DNA of 64,000 bases from an uncultured Acidobacteriota bacterium (GTDB lineage Bacteria; Acidobacteriota; Vicinamibacteria; Vicinamibacterales; 2-12-FULL-66-21), in NCBI GenBank assembly GCA_963730995.1, contig CAVSUB010000004.1:459020-523019 (forward strand). The letters are read 5' to 3'. The position numbers and the translations under genes are program-made. The notes beneath the pieces were generated by a model. That model saw only the letters and a list, made by a program, of their open reading frames with translations. It did not search any database and was not told the origin of the DNA. Positions 9,689-20,816 of the stretch are shown here, piece by piece. How positions within the stretch are numbered: the stretch's first letter is position 1; each line of letters opens with the position of its first letter.

Positions 9689-10483
9689 TGGTGCTCGCGC
9701 GGCCCCATTCAGCTCGAATAGCTGGATCGTCAGGCTGAATCTGGTACCGGCTGTAGCGCGGCACGGCGCGCGCTGCACGGCGCCTCGGCGCCATCGCGCG
9801 AGGTGTTCGGCAGAGCGCGATCGCTGACGCATGAAGCCTCTGAACGGTAGGAGTTTGCGTGCGACGCTCGGGCCGGGACGTCGCATCTCTCACCGTAACC
9901 GTTAGCATCCATACTGCCGACAAAACTCGGCGGGAATGCGAACTCGCTCATGGCTCCTCGATTCCGCGGCGATGACCAAAAGGCCACGGATGACATGGGG
10001 GGTGGTCGAGCCGGCCGTGCAACAGCTATGACACGGCCGCGGTCGCAAACGGCGAATCCACTGATCTTTCATGGTGAAATGCAACATCGCAATCTGCAAC
10101 GCGACGTTCGTGCGGAAAGGCGAAACGTGCTGGCAAACGACACTACCCGCGGGATCGACGTTTGCTCATCATTTGCCTGGACCGCCGAGCCATGAGGGAC
10201 AGTTCGCCGTAAGCCTCTGTGTCTGGCTCCGCGTGGCACTGTCTGACGGAAGCAAACGCAGGATGGCGCCCCGTGTTGAGGTCGTCTAGGGTAATCAGGA
10301 GTTGCTGCCGATTCGTGTTCTCTGAGTCACGATGGTGCTGGTGGGTCAAGTAGGCGGCGCACATACACGAAGACGCGGGCGCGCCTTCGCGCCGGGTGCG
10401 TGAGTGGAACGTCAAGTCGTAGTGGCGGGATTTCTCGATGACATTGCGGCGCCGCTTTCGGCGGCCCCGACGGAGGACACAGC

Positions 10484-11590
10484 ATGAAGAGGATGAAGAG
10501 GACCCAACAACTTCACGATCTTGGCCAGAGCATCTGGCTCGACAACATCACCCGCCCGCTTCTCAACAGCGGCGGCCTCCGCCGCTACATCGATGAGTTC
10601 TCGGTCACCGGGCTGACCTCGAACCCGACCATTTTCGACCACGCGATCGGAAATACTGACGCCTATGACGACAGCATCCACGACAAGGCGAAGGCCGGGC
10701 AACGAGGAGAAGGGCTGTTCATGGAGCTGGCGCTCGAAGATCTGCGCCGCGCCGCTGACCTGTTCCGGCCCGTATACGACGCCACCGATGGAATCGATGG
10801 TTGGGTCTCGATGGAGTTGTCGCCGCTGCTGGCCAACGATACGACACACAGCATTGATGCGGCGGCGCGGATCTACCGGCAGGCCGACCGGCGCAACCTG
10901 TTCGTGAAGATTCCAGGTACGCCGGAAGGTGTTCCCGCGATCGAGGCATCGATCTTCGCTGGCGTGCCGATCAATGTGACCCTGCTGTTTTCGCGGGAGC
11001 AGTACGTCGCCGCCGCCGAAGCCTATCTACGTGGCATCGAACGCCGCCTCGCCGCCGGGCTCAATCCGCGGGTCGCGTCGGTCGCCTCGCTGTTCGTCAG
11101 CCGTTGGGACAAGGCGGTGAGCGACATGGTGCCGGCGGACCTGCGCAACCGGCTCGGCATTTCGATCGCCGCGCGTACTTATCGGGTTTATCGCGAAATG
11201 CTGGCGTCTCCGCGTTGGCGTACGCTCGCGGCCGCAGGTGCACGCCCTCAGCGTCTGCTCTGGGCCAGTACCGGAACGAAGGATCCCAGGGCATCCGACA
11301 CGTTGTATGTCGAAGCGTTAGCCGCGCCCGACACGATCAACACCATACCCGAGAAGACGCTATACGCGTTCGCGGAGCACGGCGAGCTCAAAGGCGCGAT
11401 GGCCGAAGACGGCGGCGACGCCGAAGCGGTGCTCGCACGCTTTGCCCGAGCCGGCATCGATGTCGAGGCACTCGCGAAACAGCTCCAGAGCGACGGCGCA
11501 AAGACGTTCGTGAAGTCGTGGCAGGAGCTCCTGCAGCGCATCGACGAAAAGGGTGCGGTGCTCGCAGACGCCGGACAGCGGATCGGGTGA
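10484..11590 (+). CDS. tal: transaldolase (long type)
   Basis: 368-aa ORF with LGQSIWLDNITRPLL...VTGLTSNPTIF...FVKIPGTPEG. GGAGG lies upstream. Confidence 0.9.
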   Translation: MKRMKRTQQLHDLGQSIWLDNITRPLLNSGGLRRYIDEFSVTGLTSNPTIFDHAIGNTDAYDDSIHDKAKAGQRGEGLFMELALEDLRRAADLFRPVYDATDGIDGWVSMELSPLLANDTTHSIDAAARIYRQADRRNLFVKIPGTPEGVPAIEASIFAGVPINVTLLFSREQYVAAAEAYLRGIERRLAAGLNPRVASVASLFVSRWDKAVSDMVPADLRNRLGISIAARTYRVYREMLASPRWRTLAAAGARPQRLLWASTGTKDPRASDTLYVEALAAPDTINTIPEKTLYAFAEHGELKGAMAEDGGDAEAVLARFARAGIDVEALAKQLQSDGAKTFVKSWQELLQRIDEKGAVLADAGQRIG

Positions 11591-11845
11591 CAGCTGACAA
11601 GCGTACAACCGATCGCCCGAAGGTGGATGAGCCAGGGGTACCGCGGCTTGCGAGAGCCCCACCGAGGAACAAATGAATCAGCGCGCTGGCCGGCCATCCT
11701 GCGCAGGTCGGCGATCTGGTCGATGCTTCTAGGCTCCTCGACGCTATCTCGACCACTCCAAGGCTTGTCGGCCGCGCGGTTGCGGAGCCGTAACGGGAGC
11801 GTCTCGTGGGGAGTCGACGAATGTGCACTTTTTAAGGAGGCGATC

Positions 11846-13912
11846 ATGGCGGCCGAACTGGATCAGCTGTGCATCAACACTGTGCGTTTCCTCTCGGTGG
11901 ACGCCGTGCAGAAGGCGAACAGCGGGCATCCGGGCATGCCGCTCGGGGCCGCCCCAATGGCCTATGTACTATGGACGCGCCTGCTCAAGCACAATCCGCG
12001 CAATCCGGACTGGTTCGATCGCGACAGGTTCGTGCTCTCGGCTGGGCACGGCTCGATGTTGCTCTATAGCCTGCTGCACCTGACCGGTTACGACCTCTCC
12101 CTGGACGACATCAAGCGGTTCCGGCAGTGGGGAAGCAGGGCGCCAGGACATCCTGAGCGCGGGCATACGCCTGGCGTGGAGGTCACGACCGGTCCGCTGG
12201 GGCAGGGCTTCGCCAATGCAGTGGGCATGGCGATCGCGGAAGCGCAGCTCGCGTCGCGCTACAACCGCCCCGGCTTCGAAGTCATCGACCACGCCACGTA
12301 CGCGATCGTTAGCGACGGCGACCTCATGGAGGGCGTCGCCGCGGAGGCGGCCTCGCTGGCCGGTCATCTACGGCTCGGCAAGCTGACCTGCCTGTACGAC
12401 AACAACTACGTGTCGCTGGCTGCCGGCACCGATATCACGCTCTCGGAGGATCGTGCCGGCCGCTTCGACGCTTATGGCTGGCACACGGTTATTGTCGCGG
12501 ACGGCAACGATCTCGCTGCGATCGACGTCGCGCTGCAGGCTGCCCGCGCAGAAACGAAGCGCCCGACGCTGATTCTAGTGCGCACGCATATTGGCTACGG
12601 CTCACCGAACAAGCAAGACAGCTTCGAGGCGCACGGCTCGCCGCTCGGCGTCGAGGAAGTGCGCCTCACCAAGCAGAACCTCGGCTGGCCGACCGAGCCG
12701 CCGTTCCTAATTCCCGAACCGGCTCTGCTGCATTTTCGCGCGGCGCTGGCGCGTGGCGCGCGCGCAGAAGCGGAGTGGAACGATCGCATGGCTGCGTACG
12801 CGCAGGGCTTTCCAGACCTGGCGCGGGAGTTGCGGCGCACCTTGTGTGGTGAGTTGCCGCCAGACTGGGACGCCGACATTCCGGTCTTTCCCGCCGACGT
12901 CAAAGGCATTGCCACGCGGGCGGCGTCCGGCAAGGTGATGAATGCGCTCGCGCCACGCCTGCCGGCGTTGACGGGCGGGTCGGCGGACCTGGATCCGTCG
13001 ACCTATACGGCACTCAAGGGATTCGGCGATTTCAATCCGCCGGCCGGCAACGGCGATGATACTCAGGGCTCGGCCGGCGGCGGCTGGAGTTATGGCGGAC
13101 GTAACCTGCATTTCGGCGTGCGCGAGCATGCGATGGGCGCAATCGTCAACGGCTTGGCAGCGCACGGTGCAACCATTCCGTACGCCTCGACCTTCCTGGT
13201 TTTCTCTGACTACATGCGACCGCCGATCCGCTTGGCTGCCCTGATGGGACTGCACGTCGTACACGTGTTCACTCACGACAGCATCGCGCTTGGCGAGGAC
13301 GGCCCCACCCACCAACCGGTGGAGCAGTTGGCCGCGTTGCGCGCGATTCCGAACCTGACCGTGATCCGGCCCTGCGATGCCAACGAAACCGCGGTCGCCT
13401 GGCGCGTCGCGCTCGAGGTGCGCGATCGTCCGGTGGCGCTGGTGCTCACCCGACAGCCGCTGCCCACGCTCGATCGCAGCCGCTATGCCCCAGCGGACGG
13501 CCTGCGTCGAGGCGGCTACGTACTGGCCGATGCGCCAGACGGCAGGCCCGAACTTATCCTGATGGCCAGCGGCTCCGAGGTCGGCCTGATCGTATCCGCG
13601 TCGGAGCGACTGCATACGCAGGGCGTCGCCGTCCGCTGCGTGTCGATGCCGAGCTGGGAGTTATTCGATGATCGACCGCAGGCAGACCGTGACGCCGTGT
13701 TGCCGCCGTTCGTGGGCGCGCGGCTGGCAGTCGAAGCGGGCGTGGCGCAGGGCTGGCATCGCTACGTCGGCGACGCGGGCGACGTACTCAGCGTGGATCA
13801 CTTCGGTGCATCCGCACCTGGCAACGAGATACTGCAGCAATACGGCCTCACAGTCGACAACGTCTGTGCCCGCGCACAGACGTTGCTGGCTGAACTTAGG
13901 GAGATGTCTTAA
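11846..13912 (+). CDS. tkt: transketolase
   Basis: ATG at 11846 follows AAGGAGG. Motifs include [47 protein letters not shown] and [21 protein letters not shown]. Confidence 0.95.
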   Translation: MAAELDQLCINTVRFLSVDAVQKANSGHPGMPLGAAPMAYVLWTRLLKHNPRNPDWFDRDRFVLSAGHGSMLLYSLLHLTGYDLSLDDIKRFRQWGSRAPGHPERGHTPGVEVTTGPLGQGFANAVGMAIAEAQLASRYNRPGFEVIDHATYAIVSDGDLMEGVAAEAASLAGHLRLGKLTCLYDNNYVSLAAGTDITLSEDRAGRFDAYGWHTVIVADGNDLAAIDVALQAARAETKRPTLILVRTHIGYGSPNKQDSFEAHGSPLGVEEVRLTKQNLGWPTEPPFLIPEPALLHFRAALARGARAEAEWNDRMAAYAQGFPDLARELRRTLCGELPPDWDADIPVFPADVKGIATRAASGKVMNALAPRLPALTGGSADLDPSTYTALKGFGDFNPPAGNGDDTQGSAGGGWSYGGRNLHFGVREHAMGAIVNGLAAHGATIPYASTFLVFSDYMRPPIRLAALMGLHVVHVFTHDSIALGEDGPTHQPVEQLAALRAIPNLTVIRPCDANETAVAWRVALEVRDRPVALVLTRQPLPTLDRSRYAPADGLRRGGYVLADAPDGRPELILMASGSEVGLIVSASERLHTQGVAVRCVSMPSWELFDDRPQADRDAVLPPFVGARLAVEAGVAQGWHRYVGDAGDVLSVDHFGASAPGNEILQQYGLTVDNVCARAQTLLAELREMS

Positions 13913-13969
13913 TGATCATCGGATCCACCGTGCGTCGCGTCGAAACCCGGCACCGAGGGGAGAACCATT

Positions 13970-14182
13970 ATGGCGAACAGATTTAAGGTCGGCGATCACG
14001 TCCGATGGAATTCGGAGGCTGGGCACGTCACTGGCAGAATTATCAAGCTTCACACGCGCGACACCGAGTACAAGGGGCATCCGCGCCACGCCAGCGAGGA
14101 TGAACCGCAGTACGAGATCAAGAGCGATAAGACCGAGCACATCGCCATGCACATGGGCTCGGCGCTGCGCAAGATCACGTAA
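13970..14182 (+). CDS. DUF2945 (hypervirulence-associated Tudor-like) small protein
   Basis: 70-aa ORF (MANRFKVGDHVRWNSEAGHVTGRI...EDEPQYEIKSDKT) matching the remembered DUF2945 pattern. Confidence 0.8.
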   Translation: MANRFKVGDHVRWNSEAGHVTGRIIKLHTRDTEYKGHPRHASEDEPQYEIKSDKTEHIAMHMGSALRKIT

Positions 14183-15198
14183 TGGACCCGAGCAAATCGA
14201 CGCTCAACGTCATCGGCAGCAGCGTCGAGTGCGTCTCTTGACAGCGTGACCGTCGAGAAGAGGGGGGGCGTCGAGAAGTCTTCGAATAGCAATGTCACTT
14301 GATAGAACCCTCTGTAGCCGGCCGCGTCCGCTCCGTCCCTGGGCGCTGTTTCGGAAGAACAGCAGTGTCGTGAGCGCGATCTTCACCGCGTGGTTGCGTG
14401 TCATGAATCCCCGCTCCACACCGATGGGATAGCCGGCCAGCGCCAGCCGGTCGCGGCAATGCTGGCGGGCGAGTCCTCTCGCGTCTTGCCGGCAGTCAGT
14501 TCAGACATGTCATCACCACGCTCAACAGGCCCACCAGCGTCCGGAAGTGGAAGCCAGCCCACGGAACACGCGCTCTCCAAGTGACGTGTCGTTGCTCGCA
14601 ACGACGCGGCAGGCGCGCCGGCCCGGCCAAAGGCTATCCGCGAAGAACTCTCATTTCCTTTTGGAAGTGTGGGGTTTCATTCTGAATCTCCGGATCGGAT
14701 GTCCAGGGGGCACAGCTCGCTGTGACGCCCATTCTGGGCGTGGAGGATCTGGCGCGCCGCGTGCAGTTCGACAAGGCAGGCGAAGGCGAATCAGTCGTAG
14801 GGCTCCGCCAATCCGACAGAAGTCGAAGGAATCAGATGGCCTAGACGATCGCGACAACCACGGGCTCAACGTACCAGGGCACAGATTCTATACATCGCGT
14901 TGATCGTCGCGCCCTTTCTGGCGGAAGGCGACAAGTTCACGCACGTCCTCACCGGCAGGAATCATTACCTCGCGTCGGTGCCAGCGCTCACTGATCGAGC
15001 GGACGAGTTGCTGGTCACAGGCATCGAAGCGGGCGACACCGCCGGCGGCGTCTGCACGCGACCTCACTGGCTGACGCCCTGGGCACGGGTGACCGAAACC
15101 AGGTCACGCATCCGGCCGTCGGTGCGCCATCAGGACAGTCGAGAGCGATTGATGTACCAGGGTGACCATTCAGCTAATCCTGTAAGGGGGGAAGGACC

Positions 15199-16014
15199 AT
15201 GTTACGCAAAGTCAAGGATCTCAGGGGCTACGCGATACGCGCGACCGACGGGGTCATCGGCAAAGTGGACGATTTGTATTTTGACGACGAAGATTGGGGT
15301 ATCCGCTACCTGGTCGTCGACACCGGCAACTGGCTGTCTGGCAGGAAAGTGCTGATCTCGCCCATCGCCCTCGCCCACGCTGGCTGGAGGGGCATGCAAC
15401 TCCCGGTTGCTCTGACGAGGGCGCAGGTGCAAGGCAGCCCCAACATCGACACGAGGAAGCCGGTCTCACGGCAGCACGAAGCTCAGTACTTCGGATACTA
15501 CGGGTATCCGTACTATTGGGGCGGCGCGGGCTTGTGGGGCATGGGCGCATATCCGGGCAGTCTTACGACTCAGGGCAGGATAGAAGAAGACCTGAAGGCG
15601 CACGAGACTCACGCAACGCCGACGCCGGATGACTGCCACCTGCGCAGCAGCAACGCGGTCATCGGTTACCACACGACGGCGACGGACGGTGATATCGGCC
15701 ACCTGGAAGATCTGCTCGTTGACGATCACAGCTGGGCGATTCGCTACCTCGTTGTGAACACGAGCAATTGGTGGGGCGGTCACCGTGTGCTCGTCGCACC
15801 CGAGTGGATCGGAGACGTCAGTTGGCCAGAGGCCAAGGTCTCTGTCGATCTGACTCGTCAGGCCGTCAAAGACGCGCCTTCCTACGACTCGGCGGCAGAA
15901 TTCGATCGCCAACGGGAAGAGGCGGTCTATGAGCATTACGGACGTCCTGGGTATTGGACCATCACGGCATCGCAGCGCCGCCCGCCAAAGAGAACTGCCT
16001 CGCACTGTTCCTGA
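15199..16014 (+). CDS. PRC-barrel domain protein (two PRC-barrel repeats)
   Basis: The same module occurs twice (GYAIRATDGVIGKVDDLYFDDEDWGIRYLVVDTGNW and GYHTTATDGDIGHLEDLLVDDHSWAIRYLVVNTSNW). A GGGGGGAAGG ribosome-binding site lies upstream. Confidence 0.85.
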   Translation: MLRKVKDLRGYAIRATDGVIGKVDDLYFDDEDWGIRYLVVDTGNWLSGRKVLISPIALAHAGWRGMQLPVALTRAQVQGSPNIDTRKPVSRQHEAQYFGYYGYPYYWGGAGLWGMGAYPGSLTTQGRIEEDLKAHETHATPTPDDCHLRSSNAVIGYHTTATDGDIGHLEDLLVDDHSWAIRYLVVNTSNWWGGHRVLVAPEWIGDVSWPEAKVSVDLTRQAVKDAPSYDSAAEFDRQREEAVYEHYGRPGYWTITASQRRPPKRTASHCS

Positions 16015-16155
16015 CGTACATGGACACCGTCCGGCATGAAGGAACCCGCAACATGTGGGGCGCTACACACTCCAGCGTGACCATGGGGCGATGAACTGAC
16101 CGGTTGACGCGACATAGTCTGACGCTGCTGTGCAGCGCACTCAAGGAGGGACGTC

Positions 16156-16362
16156 ATGATTGGCAATATAGTGGACTTCATCATGACGCACGTCACCAGC
16201 GAGAGCTGGGTGGCGAAGGACACCGGGAGTCGAGAGCGGCCCTCACTCGATGAGGTATCCCGGCTCGCCTATCACCTCTACGAGGCGCGTGGCCGGCGGG
16301 ACGATCACGATGTCGACGATTGGCTGCTCGCCGAACAGGAACTCACGCGGCACTACGCGTAG
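16156..16362 (+). CDS. DUF2934 domain protein
   Basis: 68-aa ORF after AAGGAGGG. The C-terminal motif is RLAYHLYEARGRRDDHDVDDWLLAEQEL. Confidence 0.75.
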   Translation: MIGNIVDFIMTHVTSESWVAKDTGSRERPSLDEVSRLAYHLYEARGRRDDHDVDDWLLAEQELTRHYA

Positions 16363-16577
16363 GCGGCGAGATCTGCAACGTCAACACGTCGGCGCGAGAT
16401 TTTGCGGTCGTGAGCGCCCTGAGCGGCATCCGGCCTGCCGTAAAATGGCTGGACGGTGAAGGCCCATTCGCGTCACGACGACACGCCGGAGCACAGAGAC
16501 CTGCACCTCGCAGAACTACTCGACTCTCGGCCTGATCAACGGCCCGACTGCGGGATCGAGACGCTCAATACGGCTCA

Positions 16578-17048
16578 TCAGCGGATCGCAGCGAAGAGCA
16601 ACGCGAGAGCCTCAAGCAGCCCCCGAACCGCGAGCGCGATCGGGAGTCCTACCAGCAGAATGGCGAACGGTACCAGCAGGGCAATACCGACTGCGCCCAC
16701 AAGTGAGATGAGGACCTGGAGCACCGTCCGCTCGGCGCGATAGGGGCGCGACGGGTCGATCGCACCTGGAGCGCCAGGAGCGGTCTCGTCCCGCGCCACG
16801 CTCGGTCGGCGGTTGTTGACGCGATTTCGTGACGTATCGACTGGAATGGGGCGTGCCATTCCCGGATTCCAGGCTGGAGGGTCGCTCGCAGGAAACGACC
16901 CCGCGAGAGCGTCATCGATGGCGAGCTCGCTCTGTCGTTCACGCCGAACCGCGGCATGTTCATCTGTTGGCCGATGGCGGGACGACGGCGCGTCCAACAC
17001 GTTGAGCGCCGAGCCGGACGGATATGTCGTGGTGTTTGCTTGAAGCAT
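16578..17048 (-). CDS. hypothetical C-terminally membrane-anchored protein carrying an SFPASDPP motif
   Basis: 156-aa ORF with GGAG upstream and a hydrophobic C-terminus (VLQVLISLVGAVGIALLVPFAILLVGLPIALAV). The SFPASDPP motif is encoded at 16875-16898. Confidence 0.55.
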   Translation of the reverse strand: MLQANTTTYPSGSALNVLDAPSSRHRPTDEHAAVRRERQSELAIDDALAGSFPASDPPAWNPGMARPIPVDTSRNRVNNRRPSVARDETAPGAPGAIDPSRPYRAERTVLQVLISLVGAVGIALLVPFAILLVGLPIALAVRGLLEALALLFAAIR

Positions 17049-17057
17049 GACCTTCTC

Positions 17058-17294
17058 CTACGCGGCCTTGTTCAGATCTCGACGTTGGTCGGGCTTAGCC
17101 AGAATTCGACGCTGCAACCTTGCTAGCCAGTCGAAGTACACGACCAGAAGGGATGCCACGACTGCCGTCGGCAGCATCACCAGACCGAACACTCGCACTT
17201 CCCCGGTCAGCCAGACCGCGGTCATACCGGCAGCCACCACCACCCAAATGCTCACGAACGCGAGCGCGATTGCCAAGACGATCGACCTTTTCAT
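17058..17294 (-). CDS. small membrane protein (two predicted TM helices)
   Basis: 78-aa ORF. GAGAGGAGGA lies upstream, and the ATG is embedded in an ATGA overlap. Confidence 0.55.
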   Translation of the reverse strand: MKRSIVLAIALAFVSIWVVVAAGMTAVWLTGEVRVFGLVMLPTAVVASLLVVYFDWLARLQRRILAKPDQRRDLNKAA

Positions 17295-17532
17295 TTCGTG
17301 TCCTCCTCTCCCTTCTCTTGATTCGTTCCGTTCCCCCCACGGCCCTCACCGCCCGCTCGATCTCAATCGTCACGAGCTCAAGTTGGCATGGTGATAAACC
17401 GAATCCTTCCGCGAAGCTGATGGCCCGCCGTCCATCGATGAGCACGATGAGGCTGTCTTCACCGTCGAGCAGCTTGTCGACCAGTTCATGAATTCGGCGA
17501 GCGTCACCGCCCAGTGCCTGTCGAAGCGTCAC
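17291..17532 (-). pseudogene. hypothetical small protein, apparent frameshift in a C6 run
   Basis: A GTG at 17532 lies 7 nt after GGAGG and opens VTLRQALGGDARRIHELVDKLLDGEDSLIVLIDGRRAISF... A TGA forming an ATGA overlap with the next gene (17291-17294) is in a different frame. The frames can be joined at the C6 run (17333-17338). Without that correction the ORF runs ~200 nt into the next gene. Confidence 0.3.
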
Positions 17533-17534
17533 GA

Positions 17535-17930
17535 TCACACCTCCAGGGCAGGATTGGCGTTGGCGGAAGCCAGCAGCGCTCGGTGCTCTTGTTTCTCTCG
17601 GGTGCGGCTCGACGCACGTCCGGTATCGGCCGCTTCTGACACCGGTTCTCGTGCCGCGGCGCCAGCCTTCGAGCGACGAGTAGACTCGTTCGCACAAGAG
17701 CGCAGAAACGTCAGTTCGTCGGCGCGCGCTCCAAAGATCGCTATGGCTTCGGACCAGAGCGCTCGAGCGTCGGCGTGCGGGCACTCATCGTCGCACACGG
17801 CACTCTTTCTGCCTGTGCGGAGGCGGCGTTCGTGGGCCACCATGGCGTCGTGCCAAGCGGACAAGCGAGCGCCGAGCGATGTCGCTTCGTTCGTGCCGAG
17901 ACCGGAACCGAGCATCAGATACAGATTCAT
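17535..17930 (-). CDS. hypothetical protein
   Basis: ATG at 17930 sits immediately after the stop of the GDH relic. The 131-aa product has no recognised family. Confidence 0.4.
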   Translation of the reverse strand: MNLYLMLGSGLGTNEATSLGARLSAWHDAMVAHERRLRTGRKSAVCDDECPHADARALWSEAIAIFGARADELTFLRSCANESTRRSKAGAAAREPVSEAADTGRASSRTREKQEHRALLASANANPALEV

Positions 17931-17931
17931 G

Positions 17932-19012
17932 TCACACCCACCCCCTCTCGCGGCACGCGTGCGCCACACGTTCAACAGCAATCAGGTAAGCCGCATCACG
18001 AAGGGACACCTGTTCGCACTCCGCTCGTTGGTGTACTTCGCCGAAAGCCGCCGTCATCCGCGAATCGACCTTCTGCAGTACTTCCCGAGCGTCCAGGTAG
18101 TAGGTCGACTGTCCCTGAACCTGCTCGAAGAAGCTGCAGGTCACGCCGCCGGCCTCGCCAGGATGTCCGGGATGATGAGAATCCCGCGATCCTCGAGCAG
18201 CCGGTTCGCCTCCGATGTCGTCGATCCGTTCGCCCCTTCCGCAATGACTCGCACTCGGCCGTGGATACGCGACGCACTCGCGGCTGTGATCTGGTTCTCC
18301 ATTGCGGCGGGTATCAGGACGTCGACGTTCTGATCGAGCCACGTCGCTCCAGGCAGAACCTCGTCGCCGTGCTCGGCTGCCCGGGCGCGATCGATAGTTC
18401 CGAACCTGTCGTCAGTGCCGTCAGTTCCTGCGGATCAACACCCGAAGGCTTCCGAAACGTGTGTGCCTGACCTTCTTCGGCATTCCATTACGACAGGGCG
18501 ATCACAGTCCCGCCCGAGTCAACGAACCGTTCCAGCGCCTCGCTGAGCGCGTTGGTCGCGGGAGTGTGGGTGGGTCTTTCCAACGTTTGCACTGAACCAT
18601 TCACGATGACTGTCTCCTAAAGAATGAAAGCGTCGGTGTCGGAGTCTGAGCACCCTCGCGACGCGCCACACAACGCTATCCAGCGGCCGGCTACCTGCGC
18701 CGCGTAAAGCGAACTCAGTTGACTACGAGCGACGCGGACCTACGGACAGGTGGGACCGGCGGTGTGGGTGCCGCTAGGCGTCGGCGCGAATCACGACGAC
18801 CGCCAAAGGCGGCGGTCCATGCGATTCGCGCCCGCACCACCGCCGTGACAGAGGCCGGCGCCGAACGAGGGGATGAAGGAAACCAGCATCTTCACTCGAG
18901 AGCAAGAGACAGCAGCAAGGCCAACGACTGCGCTCGCGCACCAAGAGAGCAATTTACGAGCCGATCTGAAAAGCCAGGGAAATGCGGCTTTCGCTCCGTG
19001 GGACGGTTTCAC
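17932..19012 (-). pseudogene. glutamate (Glu/Leu/Phe/Val) dehydrogenase, heavily degraded
   Basis: The C-terminus is intact in one frame (GGVTCSFFEQVQGQSTYYLDAREVLQKVD...VSLRDAAYLIAVERVAHACRERGWV). Upstream pieces lie in other frames (NVDVLIPAAMENQITA...VIAEGANGSTTSEANRLLEDRGILIIPDILA; GVDPQELTALTT; GGTVIALS*WN with in-frame TAA). A probable GGxKGG-region remnant (LCHGGGAGANRMD) lies near 18830. At least four frame changes are present. Confidence 0.75.
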
Positions 19013-19237
19013 TTTGAGAGTGGCCTTTCATTCTGAAATGGTGCTCGACCGCCCAGCCGACGACGCGTCACTCTTTTCCGGCGTGCGCTTGCAGACCACG
19101 GCTTGCGGGTGTGTCGATTGGCGAGGGATGACTGCGATCACCGACGCCGACGCTAGAGTCACGCATGTTGAGCCACCGCCCGGAAACACCGAAGCGAGCG
19201 CGACGATGAAGGGCCGGAGCCATCAGCCCGGCCCGTA

Positions 19238-19443
19238 TCACCTACGCTTGGGCGTGGCTAGAGTGGCTTCCTGCATCTCGCGTTCAGCGCGTAACCAGTC
19301 ATCGAGTTCGCGTCCGGGGGTGCGTCCGCGTTCCTCGAACAGCTCGTAGGCGCGGAGAGCGATCGCGTCTTGTGCAACAACACTTTGCGTCGCCGGTCTT
19401 GAGAGTGTCCTGATTGCAGTGATTGCTTTGTCTGTGTTGCCAC
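19238..19443 (-). pseudogene. DUF2934 domain protein, start and domain in different frames
   Basis: AGGAGG followed by GTG (19441-19443) opens one frame. The DUF2934 motif (QDAIALRAYELFEERGRTPGRELDDWLRAEREMQ) is in another frame that has no start codon after its upstream TAG. The 206-nt span is not a multiple of three. Confidence 0.5.
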
Positions 19444-19812
19444 GTTTGTCCTCCTACTGTGAGGTCCAGGACATAGGTGACTGTCGCACTCCATCCAGGA
19501 CCCCTGGGGCGAGTGTCCGAGGCCGTCACGATGCTGTGAAAAGACGGCCGAGGTTCCGTGTGTCTGTGTTCGTCAACTGCACGGCGCGCGCCAGGTGTGC
19601 CAGGCGCGGAATGGAGACATTCGGCGGGTTCCGTTTCGAATGATCTGTTAGTGAGATTCAGAGTGAAACGGCAGGTTTTCAAATCGACGTGACGTTCCGA
19701 GACGGCCGCCGTTCGACGATGCGAACAGTTGGCGCGTTGCTTGCCCTGATGTGACACGACAGTCGTCGCCAAACGCGGCGCTATATCAGGTACACGCTCT
19801 CAGGGTTCAGTC

Positions 19813-20816
19813 ATGTCCAATGTTGCCACGATTGTATGCCCGGTTGATTTTTCACATCATTCCGCGGTGGCGCTGGGGTGGGCAACCGCGTGGGCTCGGT
19901 ATTTCGGAGCGCGGCTCATCGTTGTGACGGTCCTCGAACCCCTTTTAGTAGGTGCGGCGGCCATAACGTATGACATGGATCTCGCCCGGGAGGAGGTATG
20001 GCCTGATCTCCGCAAATTCGTGATGAAGACGAGTGACAGGGACTGGAGTCGGCCCCTCGCCAGAAACCACTGTGCTTGTCGGCGCATCCCGCAACGCAGA
20101 TCGTGGCACTCGCCCAACGCGAGCGTGCGCAGTTAATCGTCATGGCTACTCGCGGCCTGACTGGCTACCGCAAAAGGCTTGTGGGTTCGACGACCGAGCA
20201 GGTACTCCGTCACGCGACCGTGCCGGTCCTGATTGCGCCTCCGTCCGACCAGAGCGTGCCGGGCGCCGATTCAGTGATGACGGGAATCGGCCACGTGTTG
20301 GTACCGGTGGACTTCAAGGACGAGTCCGAAAGGGATCTGCGAGCGGGAGCGGATATCGCGCAGAGACTCGGCGTCCCTCTGCTGGTCCTTCACGTAGTGG
20401 CTCCGATCAAGGGCCTCGAACGTCTGCGGCCGCACATCGACGTCCACAATCGCGCGCAGTTCGAGCTGGCCGAGCGAGAGGCCCAGCAACTCACGTCCAG
20501 GATTCGGAAGTCGATCGACATCGAATCGGTCGTGGCGATCGGATCGCCTGCGGAGGAAATAGCCAAGACCGCAGCCGCGCGAGATGTGGGACTGATTGTC
20601 ATGGGCCTTCGGCGACAACAACACATCTTGGGGGCGCGGCCAGGGTCGATCGCCTATCGCGTGCTGGGACTGGCACCGGCCCTGATCTTGGCGCTTCCAG
20701 CGGGAGAGGTCGATGTCGGGTGGATGGGAACAGATCGCACTGCTCGAGGAGGTCGCTCTGGTGTCGTAGGCGTCGCTCCGCGCACGGTGACCGCGAGAAT
20801 GTCAATCGAGGAGTGA
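19813..20816 (+). pseudogene. tandem universal stress protein (UspA family), two frameshifts in the first domain
   Basis: Frame 1 gives MSNVATIVCPVDFSHHSAVALGWA...ARLIVVTVLEP. Frame 2 gives GVGPSPETTVLVGA. Frame 3 gives HPATQIVALAQRERAQLIVMATRGLTGYRKRLVGSTTEQVLRHATVPVLIAP, followed by a second complete USP domain. Confidence 0.75.

Noticed and set aside
7967-9886. Very long antisense ORFs: 639 aa opposite the glucoamylase; also 53355..55574 (739 aa), 56843..58180 (445 aa), 49112..50113, 25145..26101 and 62870..63772.
   Set aside because: Each lies opposite a gene with strong family motifs. Their translations are Arg/Pro/Gly/Ala-rich with no recognisable domains. This is the expected artefact of stop-codon-poor antisense frames in GC-rich DNA.
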